Shown: positions 1 to 14,000, counted from the stretch's first letter. The stretch is 64,000 bases of DNA from Callorhinchus milii (GCF_018977255.1 NW_024704743.1:36892001-36956000); one strand, 5' to 3'. Numbers and translations: made by a program. The notes: a model not told the origin generated them from the letters alone.

Positions 1-230
1 TCCTTCCTACCTCTGTGATCTGCTAACGTCATATCAACCTGTCCGCTCCGTTCACCCAGCAAGCTCCGTCTTACCCGGCCCACCTCATCATCGACAGTCA
101 GGCCTTCATCCTCTCTGCCCCCACCCTTTGGAACTCCATCCCGCAGTACCTTTCACTTGCTCCCTCCCTTGCTTTCTTCAAGGCACATCTCAAGACCCTG
201 CTCTTCGACTGCACCTTCGGTCACCCTCCT
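1..230 (+). mobile_element. L2 3' fragment
   Basis: cctacctctgtga...gccttca...ctctgcccccaccctttggaactccatccc matches the L2 3' region seen in other copies. Confidence 0.8.
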
Positions 231-1824
231 ACAGTGTGATGAAAATCACACTATAATAATAACAATCCTTGCATTTAATAAAGCACCTTATCACGTCTTT
301 GAGACATCTCAAAGCGCTTCACAGGATATACTGCAAAGTGAATTGATTGTAGAGTTTGTGGGCAAAATATACAGCAGACACGCCTCCTGGTGCACAGTGC
401 AACACAAATCTGTACTGCTTCCTCTTGCTGATTCAATGAATGGCATCAATGAAAAGCAGAAAGCGGCTGAGAAGTAAAGAATGGGTTTACCAGCTGTATC
501 ACTTACATCAATATTCCCCAGCATATTGCCAACAGGGACCTTTCCGACTGAGAAATAGAACACAGTGAAGATTTTCCCCCCATGCACTAAGGTTGTCTTT
601 TGACCCTCAATGTCACCCTCATTAAACTTCAGAGCATTTCATTAAAGAAAGTTTTCTGTGCAATATGAGAATTAAATGTCATGATTTTCCAATGTGGCAT
701 TGGACAGCTCTGAATTTTTACCTGCACCACTGCTTGGATGTGCAACCCCGTGATTAGAATGGAGGAACGGTCACTAATTACCCAGGCAGTTAGTTTCCTT
801 ACACAGTACTTTCTACACTTCAGGTGTCTGCGGCATCACTCAGCACTCTGTAGCGTTCTCCAGGGCAGGGCAGTTGGCCAACACTGTGCAACTTATTGTC
901 ATTGTAAAAAAGAACATGCATTTTACAGCACCCATAATGTAAAAATGTCTCAAAGAGCTTCACAGCAATTATTGTCTCGTGAAATGACTGGGTGGGTTTG
1001 CAGGCAAACTTGACAGCCAGTTTGTGCACAGGAAATGACTCAGAGTTCCTCATTTCTGATTCCTTTGTGTTACTTGGGTAGTTTTAAGTATTTTCCTTTG
1101 CACTGCCAAAAAAGCAACTGCAACTAAATAAAGTTTGAAATCATTACGCTTGTGATGTGAATTTAATAATTAGTGAACAAATATGAGTAGCTCCTCAATG
1201 GCTCAATTACACCAGTTATTGTCAGATAGAGGCTTGCTGCAAGGTTCGGATCTCAACCTGTGCTGAGATTAGCTAATCTTAGTCAAAGGCACCACAACTG
1301 GCTTTGTTAAAATACAGTAATATCTATATTTGGTTTTAAAACGCTTTAGAAACCTTTTTCTATAAAATGTAGTGATTGTGTATTTGCACACAGCAATGTC
1401 CCACAATCAACCATGACCAACGACCAATTTTATCTGGAGGATTGTTAGCCAAAATACTGGGAGAAACTCACTTCTCTTTTCAAGTGGGATCTTTAAAGTC
1501 CACCTGAACAGGAACTCATGCAAAAGACAGCACCTATAACAATGCAGTGCAGTCCCAGCACTGCATTTGAGTGCCAGCCTAGACTGTGAGTTCAAAGTCC
1601 CAAGTTAGGGCACGAACCCACGACCTACTGATGCAGGTTGAGAGTGGCAGCAAATGAGCCAGGCTGACACATGAACTGGGAAAGAGAAGGGTGAGCAATG
1701 ATTTTCGGTCCTCACAACTGAACAGTCCACTAACACTTGATATTTTAGTTGCACAAGAAACTGGAGGGAGGCACCAGATGACTGTTGGTTGTGGTACAGC
1801 AATGCCTCAGAATACGTGAAACAA

Positions 1825-1958
1825 AAGGCAAAGTACTGCAGATGCTGGAAATCCAATATAAACACAAGTCACTGGGAACACGCAGCAGGTCAGGCAGCAT
1901 CCATGGAGAGAGGAAAATTAGTTAACGTTTCAAGTCAATGACCTTTCCACAGAATATG
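1825..1958 (-). mobile_element. Penelope-like element terminal repeat fragment
   Basis: tactgcagatgctggaaatc...cagcaggtcaggcagcatc..tggagagag...gttaacgtttc resembles the Penelope-type terminal repeat I recall from shark genomes. Includes a degenerate hammerhead core. Confidence 0.65.
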
Positions 1959-2319
1959 TGCATGCCTCCAGGAAGGGAGGGAAGAAAACTCCAATAAGAC
2001 TATTTGACTTAGAACATGAGACCAAAGCAAATGTATAGAATTACATTTAAAGAGCCTTGAGCAAGACTAAATCATAAAAGTAATTGTGTTTCCCAAAAGG
2101 ATTAGATACTTGGAACAAGGTAGTTCATGTGCAAATAAACTCCTGTAAAAAAAACTGGCTACATATCTGCTTGGGGATTGGAGTGGGTAGGGAATAACTG
2201 TAGATTGAGATGAACAAATATTCCACAAGGCAAAATGATTTCTGTGCTGCTGGGCAGGTCGAGAAATGTCTGTGAAAGGAAAGGTCCTGAGAATCAATAC
2301 TAATGACTCAAAGTCCTTG

Positions 2320-4165
2320 AGAGAGCCGTTGCCTCCCAGCTTCGTTCTTTCCTCTCCTCCCACTCCCTCCATGAGCCCCTCCAATTGGGTTTCTGTGCAC
2401 GGAAACTGCTCTGGTCAAGGTCACAAATGACATCCTGACCACGTGTGACCAGGGCTCTCTCTGCCTCCTCGACCTCTCCGCCACTTTTAACACTGTGGAT
2501 CATTCAGTCCTCCTCCACTGCCTCTCCTCCCACCTCAACCTCCAAGATTCTGTCCTTGACTGGTTCAGGTCCTTCCCAACTTCTCCCTCCACAGGCTACA
2601 GATAATCCAGAACTCTGCAGCCTGTGTCCTCTCCTGCACCAAACTCCGTGATCCCATCTCCCCCATTCTTGCCCGACTCCATTGGCTCCCTATCCTTCAG
2701 AAGATCCCATTCAAGATCCTGGTCCTCACCTACAAAGCCCTCCATGGCCTCGCCCCACCCTACCTCTGCGACCTCCTAACCCCCTACTAACCCACCCACT
2801 CCCTCCGCTCAGCCGGCTCCGGCCTACTCCACGTACCCCGACCCACCCGTCCCACCATTGGTGGGAGAGCCTTCAGCCATTCTGCCCCCAACCTCTGGAA
2901 TTCCATTCCCCAATCAGTCCGCCTCGCCCCCTCCTTAGCCTCCTTCAAGTCCCACCTCAAGACCCTCCTCTTCAACCATGCCATTGGCCACCCCCCTTCC
3001 CCTCCCCTGCCCCTGGGTCTGAAATGCTGTACACTGTCCAGCGCCTTGGGACATCCTCTTGATGTGAAAGGCTCTATACAAATATAATCTTGTTGTTATC
3101 CTATTTTTCACACCGCCTCCACTTCGTCTCAGCTAACGGCTTCTCCTCCAGCCGCCGCACCGTCTTGTGCGACGTTCCTCAGGGCTCCTCCCCCTCCCCA
3201 TCACCCTCAACATGCTCCCCTTTGGTGACATCATCTGAAGACATGGGGTAAATTTCCACATGTATGCGAATGACATCCAACGCTATCTCTCTGCCTCCAC
3301 CCTGAACTCCAGGACTACTGGCGTCCTGACTGACTGCCTGTCCAACATCAAATCCTGAATGAGGGACAACTTTCTCCAGCTGAACGTAAGCAAGACTGAG
3401 GCCCTCCTGATTGGTTCGCGCCAGCGCCTCCACACCTTGGGCGCTGGCAGCATCAGCCTCCACAGCTCCACACTCAACCTCACTAAGCCAGTCAGGAACC
3501 TGGGTATCTTGTTTGACCCTGAACTGTCCTTTCTCCCCCACATCCGCGCTATGACCGGCACTGCCTACCACCACCTCCACAACATTGCCAGACTCCGCCA
3601 CTGCCTCACCCCTCAGGCTGCCGAAACCCTCACCCACACATTCGTCACATCAAGGCTCATTATGGAAATTCCCTCCTCATTGGCCTTCCCAACTCTTCCC
3701 TTCACAAGCTGCAGATCATCCAAAACTCTGCAGTTCGTGCACTCTCATGCACCAGGCTCTTTCACCCTCTCCCGACTCCACTGGCTCCCCATCCCTCAGA
3801 TGACCGAATTCAAGATCCTCGTCCTCACTTTCAAGGCCTTCCATGGCCTTGCCCCTCCTACCTCTCTGACCTGCTGACTCCCTACCAACCTGCCCACTCC
3901 TTCCGTTCCGCTCTGGCCTGCTCGATGTCTCCCGCCCTACCATCGATGGCTGAGCTTACACTCTGGATCTCCATCCCACAGTCTCTTCACTTCACTTCCT
4001 CCTTTGCCTCCTTCAAGATCCTCCTCTTCGATCATCCTCCCACCTCTCTGCCTTCCCCTCATCCCTACCCCACCCCTCCCCCATGCTCGGGTCCTGACCC
4101 CTGACTGTCCAGGACATCCTCCCGACGTGAAAGGCGCTCTATAATTGTAATTTTGTTGTTGTTGT
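2320..4165 (+). mobile_element. Two tandem L2 LINE fragments (~2320-3100 and ~3110-4165)
   Basis: ORF 3359-3877 (NFLQLNVSKTEALLIGS...RNLGILFDPELSF...LHWLP). Both end ...gtgaaaggc(g)ct(c)tata...ttgttgtt. Homologous to 32385-34600. Confidence 0.9.
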
Positions 4166-4263
4166 AATAATCCTTGCATTTCATATAGCGCATTATTGCG
4201 ACTTTGAGATGTCTCAAAGCACTTCACAGAATATATTGTACGGTGTAAGGTGAATTGACTGTA

Positions 4264-4630
4264 GTGGAGTCCTGTAACTCAGTGGTTAGAGCACTTGTAT
4301 CGCAAGTGGGAGATCTGGGTTCGATTCCCAGCAGGGCGAAATGTTGGGCAAGTTTCCTTAATCCACACACCTCTGTTTACCTAGCAGTGAGTAGGAACCC
4401 GGTTGTTAGTGATTGGTGGATCGCTTTTCTGGGAATAATAATTCCTTCAAAAAAAATTGGTCACTTCAATCCACGACTGTTTGTGGGACACTGCTGTGTG
4501 CAATTGGCGGCCGTGTTTTGCCCTCAAAATATACAGTCAATTCACTTTACAGTATATTCTGTGAAGCACTTTGAGACATCTCAAAGACATGATAAGGCAC
4601 TATATTAGATGCAAGGGTTATTATTATTAT
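4264..4630 (+). mobile_element. Full-length tRNA(Ala)-headed SINE, the dominant young family
   Basis: gtggagtcctgta(g)ctcagtggttagagc A box and ggttcgattcc B box, with an (ATT)n tail. Other copies at 6577-6906(-), 26386-26848(+), 31317-31797(+), 56240-56450(+), 58773-59172(+), 59755-60089(-), 60977-61315(-), 62094-62421(-), plus many 3' tails. Confidence 0.9.
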
Positions 4631-6389
4631 ATATATTTTCTAGGCGAAACACAGCGGCCAATTGTACATAGCAGCATCCCACAAACAGTCGTGGATTGAG
4701 TGACCAAATTATGATTATTATTTTTAATGGATTCATGGGGATGGATAAACATCCTGGAGGTTAATTTCCTTTGGGGATCTGGGAAATATCTACTCCAAAT
4801 TGGCTCAAAGCATCCTTAGTGAAATAAATGTGGACAACCTCAACCCCCTTTCTAATGGGTTCCACAAAGTCTGTGGATATGGCACACTGAAGCTATTGTG
4901 GTGCATTTCTGAGGTAGAAGTATAGAGGCCTGAAATTTCTCATAATCTTATCACTACGATAGCCTTAAAATTTTAAATTATACAAAAAAGATTTTGGAAA
5001 AGCCAGATGTCCTTATTTCCCCCCAAAAAAACTGCGGGAAAACCAGCTTCCAAATTAAAATTGAATTTAAGGGATTTTCAAAATCGGCATGATCGTAAAT
5101 TTTAAGAGAATGGTCTCAGAAAAGTTACTTGCTGATGGGATTCTGGCACTTGTAGTGCTGTACCTCAGTATGAATCAGTGCTTTAGGGAACGCAAGAGTC
5201 AATTTGAGGGGAAAACAACAACAATAATAACAACTTGCATTTATAGGCGCCCTTCACATGGCATCTCTGAGCACCTAAAATGGGGAAAATAAGTCAGTTG
5301 GTGGATCTGCTTTGCGTGATCTACTGCTAATTTATCTTGATATTTAGTGACATCATACATTTATTATAATAATCCTTGCATTTGATATTGCACCTTTCAC
5401 ATCAGGAGGATACTCAAAGCCTTCATAGAATTTCCTGTAAAGTGTAGTGACTGTATTTTGTAGGTGAATGTGGCAGCCAATTTGCACGCAGCAATATCTC
5501 ACAAACAGCCATGAAGTGAAAACACCATTTTTATCTAGGAGATTGCAGGCCAGTACACTGGAAGAAACTCTTGATTGTGATGCCTGCCATTCCTAGATTT
5601 TGTTGAGAATAAATAAGTGTTATCTTTGTCATACCCTTAAAGTGCAATGGGTCGAGTGGTTACCAATTCATGTATTATGAATTGATGGAGGACAACTTTA
5701 GTGCTGTCAACATATCCAAAAGGCCCCATCCTTCAGTGCCATAAGTAAAGCATTTATCAACCCTAAAAAACAATAATTACACTGCTTTGATTGACAGAAT
5801 ACCAGCAATATTCCTATTCAGTAGTGATAAAATGTTTTTGTTAATTGTTTCATTGACTTCCAGCATCAGTACTGAATGTAAAATCTTGTGGAAGCCAATA
5901 TTGGTTTTGCACTGTGTGCATATGTGTGTGTGTGTGTGTATATTATATATATAGTACATACATGTATAAGCGATACCTCAGTAATATCAGTCAGTCCCAC
6001 AACAACCGCTGCCACTATTAGATACAATTAGTTTTCCTCCTACAATTTATGTTGGAGAAAAAAATGATATCAACTATACAAGAGGGAGGAGGGAACAGAA
6101 GGGTGTAGGAGGGATAAGGAGGAGTATCAGGAGTATAAACACCAACACAAACTAGCTGGGCCAAATGCCCTGTTTCCGTCCATGCTGTACATTCTTTGTA
6201 AATAAATAAAAATAATTCCCTCTGATTTTCTTCTCTTCTCTGCTGATTCATCGTGGGATACATTTCCACAGATACCACGACGGGTCAGCACTCTTTCTTG
6301 ATACATGAGGATGGCTAGTGAATGGTGGTTGGGTGATGTCCATGTGGACTATCACAAAAAGGCCTCATGCTATCCTCACTGCTATCTGC

Positions 6390-7175
6390 ACACCTGATTC
6401 TTGCCCGATTTCCATCAGACAGAGGATGCAGTTCAAGATCCTAGTTCCCACTTTCAAAGCCCTCCATGGTCTTGCTCACTCTACCTCTACGACCTCCTTA
6501 CCCCCTACCAACCTGCTCGCTCCCTCCGCACAACAGGCTCCAGCCTGCTCCACGTTCACCGCCTCACCCGTCCCACCATAATAATATTAATAATAATAAT
6601 CCTTGCATTTGATACAGCACTTTTCACGTCTTCTAGACGTCTCAAAGCACTTCACAGAATATACTGTAAAGTGAATTGACTGTAGATTTGTGGGCAAAAT
6701 GCGGCAGCTAATTGCGCACAGCAGTATCCCACAAACAGTTGTGGATTAAAGTGACCAATTTTATTATTGATTTTTTTTCTTGAGGGATTATTATCAGGCG
6801 TGTGGAGTAAGGAAACTTGCCCAAGGTTTTGCCCTGCCGGGAATCAAACCCAGGTCTCTTGCTTGCGAGGCAAGTACTTCTAACCACTTAGCTACAGAAC
6901 TCCACCATTGGCGGGCAGACCTTCAGCCACTCTGCCCCCATCTCTGAAACTCCATCCTGCAGTCCCTCCACCTCGCCCCCTCCCTTACCTCCTTCAAGAC
7001 CCATCTCGAAACCCTCCTCTTCAACCATGCATGCGATCACCCACTTTGCCCACCTGCCCTCCACTCTCCCCGATCCCCACTCCCAGTTCGGTCTGAAATA
7101 TTGATTGTCCAGCATCTTGGGATGTCCTCCCGTCATGAAAGGCGCTATACAAATGTAACTTGGTTGTTTTGTTGT
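6390..7175 (+). mobile_element. L2 3' fragment interrupted by a minus-strand tRNA-SINE (6577-6906)
   Basis: L2 stops at gtcccaccat and resumes at caccattggcgggcag after the SINE. Confidence 0.85.
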
Positions 7176-7602
7176 TGGAAGGACAAGAACCCTGGCTGGT
7201 TTCAGCTTCAAGCTTCCTCATCCAGGGCAGCAGGGCCGATTATAGCTGCTCTGCACTCCCTGTCTGAGACCAGCCTTTTATCTCCACAGATCAAGAATTG
7301 AAAGTTTATTTTCAACTACTCCTGTGTTGGCTCAATGAGTTTGTCCAGTGAGTAGTTGTAACAAACAGATCAGCAGGAGCTCAGGTTCCATTTCTGACCT
7401 GTGCTAAGTTGGCTAACCTCAGAGTTCACAAGCAACCTTGTACACTGTTTGTTAATTGAGAAGCACACTGCGAAGGTTCAAAAGGCTAAGGGAGAAAACA
7501 AGCTAAGAAGTGCCTTGTTCGGGATGGTGTAATAGTGGACAGAGCTGCAGATTACGAACCAAGAGCTCACTGGTTCGTGCTGAGTTTCTGGTGTCAGCTT
7601 TG

Positions 7603-7850
7603 GTTTTGGTCAGTCAGGTGTTTGACACATAAGGAAACCCATCACTATGCTTAAGAGTATCCAAGCCAAACTGAGAATTTCATTCATCCCATCTACACAT
7701 GGGAATTCCAGAGACAGATTGTTGGATTGGAATACGCTCTCTCTCCGTGGAAGGACGCATCCTGCTTACCTAATTCTAGAAAGTGTGAGACGCAGGTTAG
7801 TAAGAGACAAAGAATGGGGACCCCAGAGTGTGCGTTGGGGCTAGGGCTAC
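7603..7850 (-). mobile_element. Unclassified ~235-bp A-tailed interspersed repeat ('family A')
   Basis: Copies at 7603-7850, 19223-19290, 26190-26885 (SINE-interrupted), 41257-41428 and 46636-46860. Minus strand ends ...tgtgtcagacacccggctgacc-A(n). Confidence 0.75.
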
Positions 7851-10757
7851 ATGGGAGGCTAAATTGGACCTGACCTTCCCAGCCACAGGGAGGGGAAAAC
7901 AAGCCAGGGTTTCTGCTTCTCCAGAGTACCCGCTATTGACTGTGTACATATGACAGCCAAGTGGGGAGACGTCAGGGTTGGCTGTGACCCCCCTACAGTC
8001 TGGTGACCTGCCAACACTCACTTCCAAGACTCACAAAATGAACAATGGCCACCGCACACTTGCAAGAGGAGGCCAGAGCTCGGGCAGAGAGGCAGTCAGG
8101 AGGAAATTAGAAAACAAAAATTGGACACACTCATTTTGTTTGAAAAAATAGGTGGTTAGTTGACAGAAGGTGATGCTTCTGTTTGTTGAAGCTCTCAGCC
8201 AGTTGAGCCTGGCTTCTGGATTGTGCACATGTGGACATTCATCGTCCAGATTCCCGCATGAAGATGGGCCACTTGTGTGAGCTATTGGCGGGCTGGTGGG
8301 GGAGGGGTGGTTGGGAATTTGTCACCTGTGTAACTAGGGAATTGTATCCCAGCACCTTCAGGAGAGGAGGAGGGAAGCGAATTGGAAAACCAAATACACA
8401 GTCTAGCGCTAATGCTATTCCACTGAGACGCAACCTGAATAATATCCTGCCCTTCCTTACTTTGAATTCATTCATTAGAATGCCAGCCATGGAATTTAAT
8501 GCCACAAGTAAAGATGAGCAGCGTCACTAACATGTGACAGTTCGCTAGAAGAGGAACCATGGTATAAAAATCAACAGCTCAGCATCTCTTTATCCTCTCT
8601 AAAAGCAGCAAGTGCTGAGGGCTGAAGCCAACATCTGGCAGCGAGCACGAATTAATTACACTGAAATGTGTTAGCTGTCTCCTCGTCTCTATTTTATGTA
8701 AAACAAGCATTTAGATATGAACATGCTGACCTTTCACCGCTGCCACTGCTTGCTGTGGAAATGATGAATCGCTTGTGTAGCATCCGATTACAGAATAATA
8801 ATCAGAGCCGTTCAGAGCCGTCACTGCCTCCCAGTTCAGTCACATTGGATATGACAGTGCAATCAAGTCCCTCCCCTGGGTGTAGTGTCTAATGTGCACC
8901 AGAATACAGAAGGTCATAAGCTTCTAGCTTCTCATACAGAGCACTGCAGTCATGCATAAACCATTTTACATGTTCATATCCACCAACCACCACTAAATTA
9001 GCTTAATTACCCTTGAGGATTCCTTTTCATTAAGCTCTATTTTGCACCTATCAAAACCTAAACATGCCCAAAATACTGCATTCCCCCCCACCCCCCCAAT
9101 GACGGCAGCCTTGGCTAAATGTCGCAAGCAATTTTTTTTTAGAGGTTTAAGCTGAAAAGGTTATTTTTATTTACCTATTAAAAAAAAATCTGCAAGTCAG
9201 TTTGTGGGCTTTGCTGCCAGTTTCGTGACAACATTCAAATGTCAACAAACGACAAATGCAAAGATTATTACTGTTATTAGCATTTATCTGAAGGGAGCTG
9301 CTGTCCTGTGCAATTTTGACCCAAGTACAGCAGTTCAGCCACATTCAGCCATTTTTATAATAATCCTTGCACTTTATCACGTTGCCAAGACGTCTCAAAG
9401 CACTTCACGGGATATACTGTAAAGGGCAATGTCTGTGTATTTTGTGACTGAAACGCAGAGGCCAATTCCACACAGCAACGTACCACAAACAGTGACCCAC
9501 AAGACTGACCAATTTTATTTGGAGGATTGTTAGATGGGACTCCAAAAGAAACTCCCTTCTCTTTTCAAACCTCCACCTGAACAGGCAGACAGGGCCTCGG
9601 TTTAACGTTTCATCTTTTTTTTCTAATTCAAACCTTTAAGTGTTGTTTTCAGGGCTTTTCCTTGCCCCCTTCAAGATTTGCACAAGGATGCTTTTTCTTT
9701 CAAAATTTCCCGAAATATATCTGTTTAACTAAAAGCAAAAATAGGAATTTCTTTGTAAAAACTAACAGCGTTAACAACACGTGGATTTGTGATTTGATTT
9801 CCAGGGCAACTGCTTGAAAGAGTTTAAAATTTGTGGCGTTCCATAACTTATTCCTCGTGTTATTTAACTTTGCATTCTTCATTCTTTCTCCCAGTTTGCT
9901 AAAATTATCTCTTCCTACGATACGTTGCTCCAAGAAGCTGCCCTGCATGAAGGGCGCTATGTAAGTGCAAGTTGTTGTTATATGTGGCCAGTGTTCATGT
10001 GTGACCCTTAACGGTGAGACAGAGGTAGGATAAATTTGGATGCTTAAAAGTCATAGAGGCTAGGAAGGCTAAACCTCCCCTCACTCTGTTTCCATTGAGT
10101 AGCACACCAGTAAAAGGGTTGGAATTCTGACACAATAACCAAAAGAATTAGACATCACACATAATTGGACATCCAGCTGTGGGGATGTATGCGAGATTAC
10201 AAAGGACACAATTTATTCACACTGTGCAGCTAAATCACATCGTCAGTTACCTTGTATCTTTACACATGCATATAACTGGATTTTGGGTTTCCCCTTGTGC
10301 AAAGGTAAGTGCTTATACTTTTGTACATTGTAGGGTTACAGTCAGAGAAAAAGGTAGCTCGTCATAAAGCTAGAGAAAGAGTGATAGAAAGTTAGTGAGA
10401 CTTAGAGAGAGCAATAGCAGCAAGTCTAGTCTCATCATAATTATCACATTAAGTCTATTATGAGACACTAGAATATGCTCCAAGACACTACCCCACTTTG
10501 AAAGGTGCTATCGAAATGCAAGTTGTTGTTGTCTCAAAGGGGGTTGGGACATAGGGCAGGGTTTTATTTTTCTAGCCTCTTTCGTGAAAACAGGAGCCAC
10601 TGCTATCAATACTTGAGAAGTGAGGGTATAGAGCGATATAGTGAAAAAGTGGGGAAATGGACTTAAAACATCTTTCAGATCAAAAAGTGTTCAGAACAGG
10701 GTGAAATTTGCAGCACATCATAAATATCACATTGAATCAATTATGACACAGCGCATA

Positions 10758-11076
10758 CAGTAGAACCCTGTTATAAGGTGTTAGAAAATCACAAAGAATC
10801 GTATAACTGGGCACAATCAAGCACACTACACATGCTGTCCGGCTTCCCTCACTAAACAAATGCTGATTTCCTGGTCAACGGGCCACTGCAAGCGTGCAGG
10901 AAGTGACATCATGGTGACCAGATAACCCAGAAGGTGTCATTGTTTAGCATGTGGGAAGCCAGGCAGTGTACAGGAAGCGTCCAGTCCACATGCCAAACCA
11001 ACAGCAGGTCAGAAGGGTACACGCCTAATGAGCAAAACAGCATTGTAAGGGGGCACTTTATAATAGGGTTCTACTG
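10758..11076. mobile_element. Tigger/pogo-type (Tc1-mariner superfamily) MITE
   Basis: 19-bp TIRs cagtagaaccct(g/a)ttataa with 1 mismatch, flanked by TA on both sides (10756-57, 11077-78). Extra internal inverted repeats. Confidence 0.88.
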
Positions 11077-14000
11077 TATTTCCATCCATTCTGAAAGCCT
11101 GCTGTGGAACTAAAAACACCCCTCAAATCAGTTTACTCCAGTGTGCGATTTAGAAATATTTTGCTTGATTTGGGATATCGGGAAGCTGATGCAAATTTGC
11201 TTTTAAATCCTGGAGGCAACATTTAAGCATTTGCTTAATAAGATATTGACTGAATTAAATCAGCATCTTGCTTTTAGCTGCACTCAAACACTGATCGGCA
11301 GCGGCAAAGGAGCATAGAATTACTTGGGCGCAACCACTCTGCCAAGACTGGGTAAGGGTGGGGGAAGATGAAAAGTAGGCACTTGAACGAGGTAGCAGAG
11401 GGGAGCCAGTGCCTATTGAACTGAAACCCAATGGGAGTTAGCAAAGGAGGGAAAGAAATAAAGGGTGAGGTAAAGAAAAGTCATGAATATTCCTATACAA
11501 ATATTAAAGCTACATGGGTGAGAGGGGGGTGCAGCTGTGCAGGTATCCAATAATGTGCTTTACGTGTGCTTCAAGTTTCAATTACAATAGGCAGTTTCTT
11601 TGATGTGTGAAGATTTGGCAATGCCGTTTGGAGATGAAAGTATCACCACATGACAAAGAATAAACAGTATTACTGATTTTATAACCCAGGGCCTGAAGGT
11701 ACAGTGCATTGGATTATGTGCTGCAGTATTGCCTTTTTATTATTATTATTGTCACAGCAGATTACAGGAAAATTCAACAACAACTTGCATTTATATAGTG
11801 CCCTTCACACAGAGTAGCGTACCAGGGCGCCTGATAGTGGCGGATTCTGATGCCAAGATAGGGGGAGAGGGAGGAGGAAGGTGACCCTAAGCGCGATCAA
11901 AAAGGAAAGTCTTTAGGTGGGATTTGAAGGTGGGAGGGAGGTGGCAAGGCGGAGGCCCTATATCAAATGCAAGGATTATTATTATCTGATTATTTTTGTC
12001 ACCATCGGGGACTTTAAGATCATTCTAGTAGTATTTTTAAATCCACAAAATACAAACCTGTAGAGGGTTTTAGTGTGCTCTTTTTCCAAGGCTTATTTTT
12101 GTGTCAAAAAGGGGGGAAATTGAGGGGAAACATTGATGCAGCTAAAAGTGGGTAAATTTGATGAAAGTTGGTAAAAATCTGCCATTGAGCTGGGTTTAAT
12201 TTTTAATTATGCTGAAACCATTGGCAGTCCGGCCTTCAACCTTTCTGCCCCCACCATTTGAGACTCAATCTCACAGTCCCTTCGCTTTGCTCCCTCCCTT
12301 GCCTCCTTCAAGGCCCATCTCAAGACCCTCCTCTTTGATCGTCACCGTCCTTACCTCTACCCTCCACTCTCTAGATCCCAAACCCAGTTTAGCATCCAAA
12401 TCCCTGAATGTCCAACGCATTGGGACGTCCTCCTGATGTGAAAGGCGCTATACAAATAATTTGTTGTTGTTTTTGACCCATGTTAAAGGGTTGATGGAGG
12501 ACAGCATGAATAGCTCTAAACACCCCCTTCATTCTCAGATGACCAGCAACAATTGCAAGTTATTCTGGCTCCAAATAACTCACTCAGGTGCCAAGAACAT
12601 GTCCTGGAACACATTACGTCCACACATCTGTGAGCTGTCACAGGGTTCAGAGTTAATCTGTCATCATGAGATTTGCATATCAATTGGCTGGGCTGTGCTG
12701 TGCGTGCATTCCTAGAAGCTCAAAAAAGGCTGAAAATAAAGACAAGAGAATTCAGACGTTTTCAGAAACAATCGTCTGTTGAATAGAATCAGAGAATTTA
12801 CAGCGTAGGAGGAGACCATTAGGCCCAGCGAGTCTGCACTAGCACTCAGAGCAAGTTGTTCATTCAGTCTCACTATCGCCAGACTCCTTCAAGCCCTTAT
12901 CTCTCACATTCCTGTCTTTTACCAATCAACTGTCACCAAGCGAAAAGTTAACAGTTGGATCACACTGTGCTGAACTTCAGTGTAGGTGAGGGTCATATTC
13001 AGACATTCCATTGCCAAACACAGCACCTCATAGCCAGCTCAGCCCCAAGGGGACTCTACTTACCTCCTCCGAGGAGGATAGTCTCAGTAAACAATTGGTA
13101 TTTAAATAATGTGGAATTACTCCTATAGTTGAATAAAGAGAGAAATAATTTAGGGGGTAGATGAGGGGGATGCAATTAATGGAATCCGTCCTCCACCCGC
13201 CCCAAATTATGGAGTGGCATTGTAAGTGTGGTCTAAGCACTCTGGGCACTACCTTACGTGAGGGGCACTATATAAATTCAAGTTGTTGTTGTTCCAGACA
13301 GTCACAGCCTCCTGACTGCTAAATGGTCTAGAGAGAAAAAGTATTTGCTATTCAAACATATTCTCAATGAATAGTTTTGCAGAACCGAGGGAACAAAATA
13401 AATAAAGGAATGCAGGTGCTCAGAGGTTTTGAATATAAAATACATTTTGTTTTCATTACTTTTAAACAAATCAACAGCTGAACTGCCCATTGGCGGTATT
13501 AGGAGGAAAATAAATAGAAAATGTGCTGGCATCTGGGGCTATTTAATTATCGTAGTAATCTACTCAGTTATAGGAATATACACCACAGCCACCTTCTGGT
13601 TGCTGGGAAACAGGGCACCTAAACAAACTTTTAAACTGGAAAAATGCACACAAAAAAACAAGCTGAACATACATCCGCCTCTTTAAAAGAGCTGGAGGAA
13701 TCATGCGCCTTTTTTGAAATATAGAGACACGAAAGTAACATCAGGAATGTCTAGCGAAAGCATTCATTGAATTCCTCCTAGGGACACTGCTTCCAGATCT
13801 CCACCAGAGATCTCCACTGCTACCCACCACCTATCCATTACAATTGTGTAAAAATCATTAAATGAATCACCAGCCAAATTCACCTAAAACATTGGAACCA
13901 AGATTAGGAGGTTAGCTCCCAGGTCATACAACAACAACTTGGATTTATATTTATATTAGGTTAGCTCCCAGATCATACGCTAAAATGAAGAGGCTCCTGA

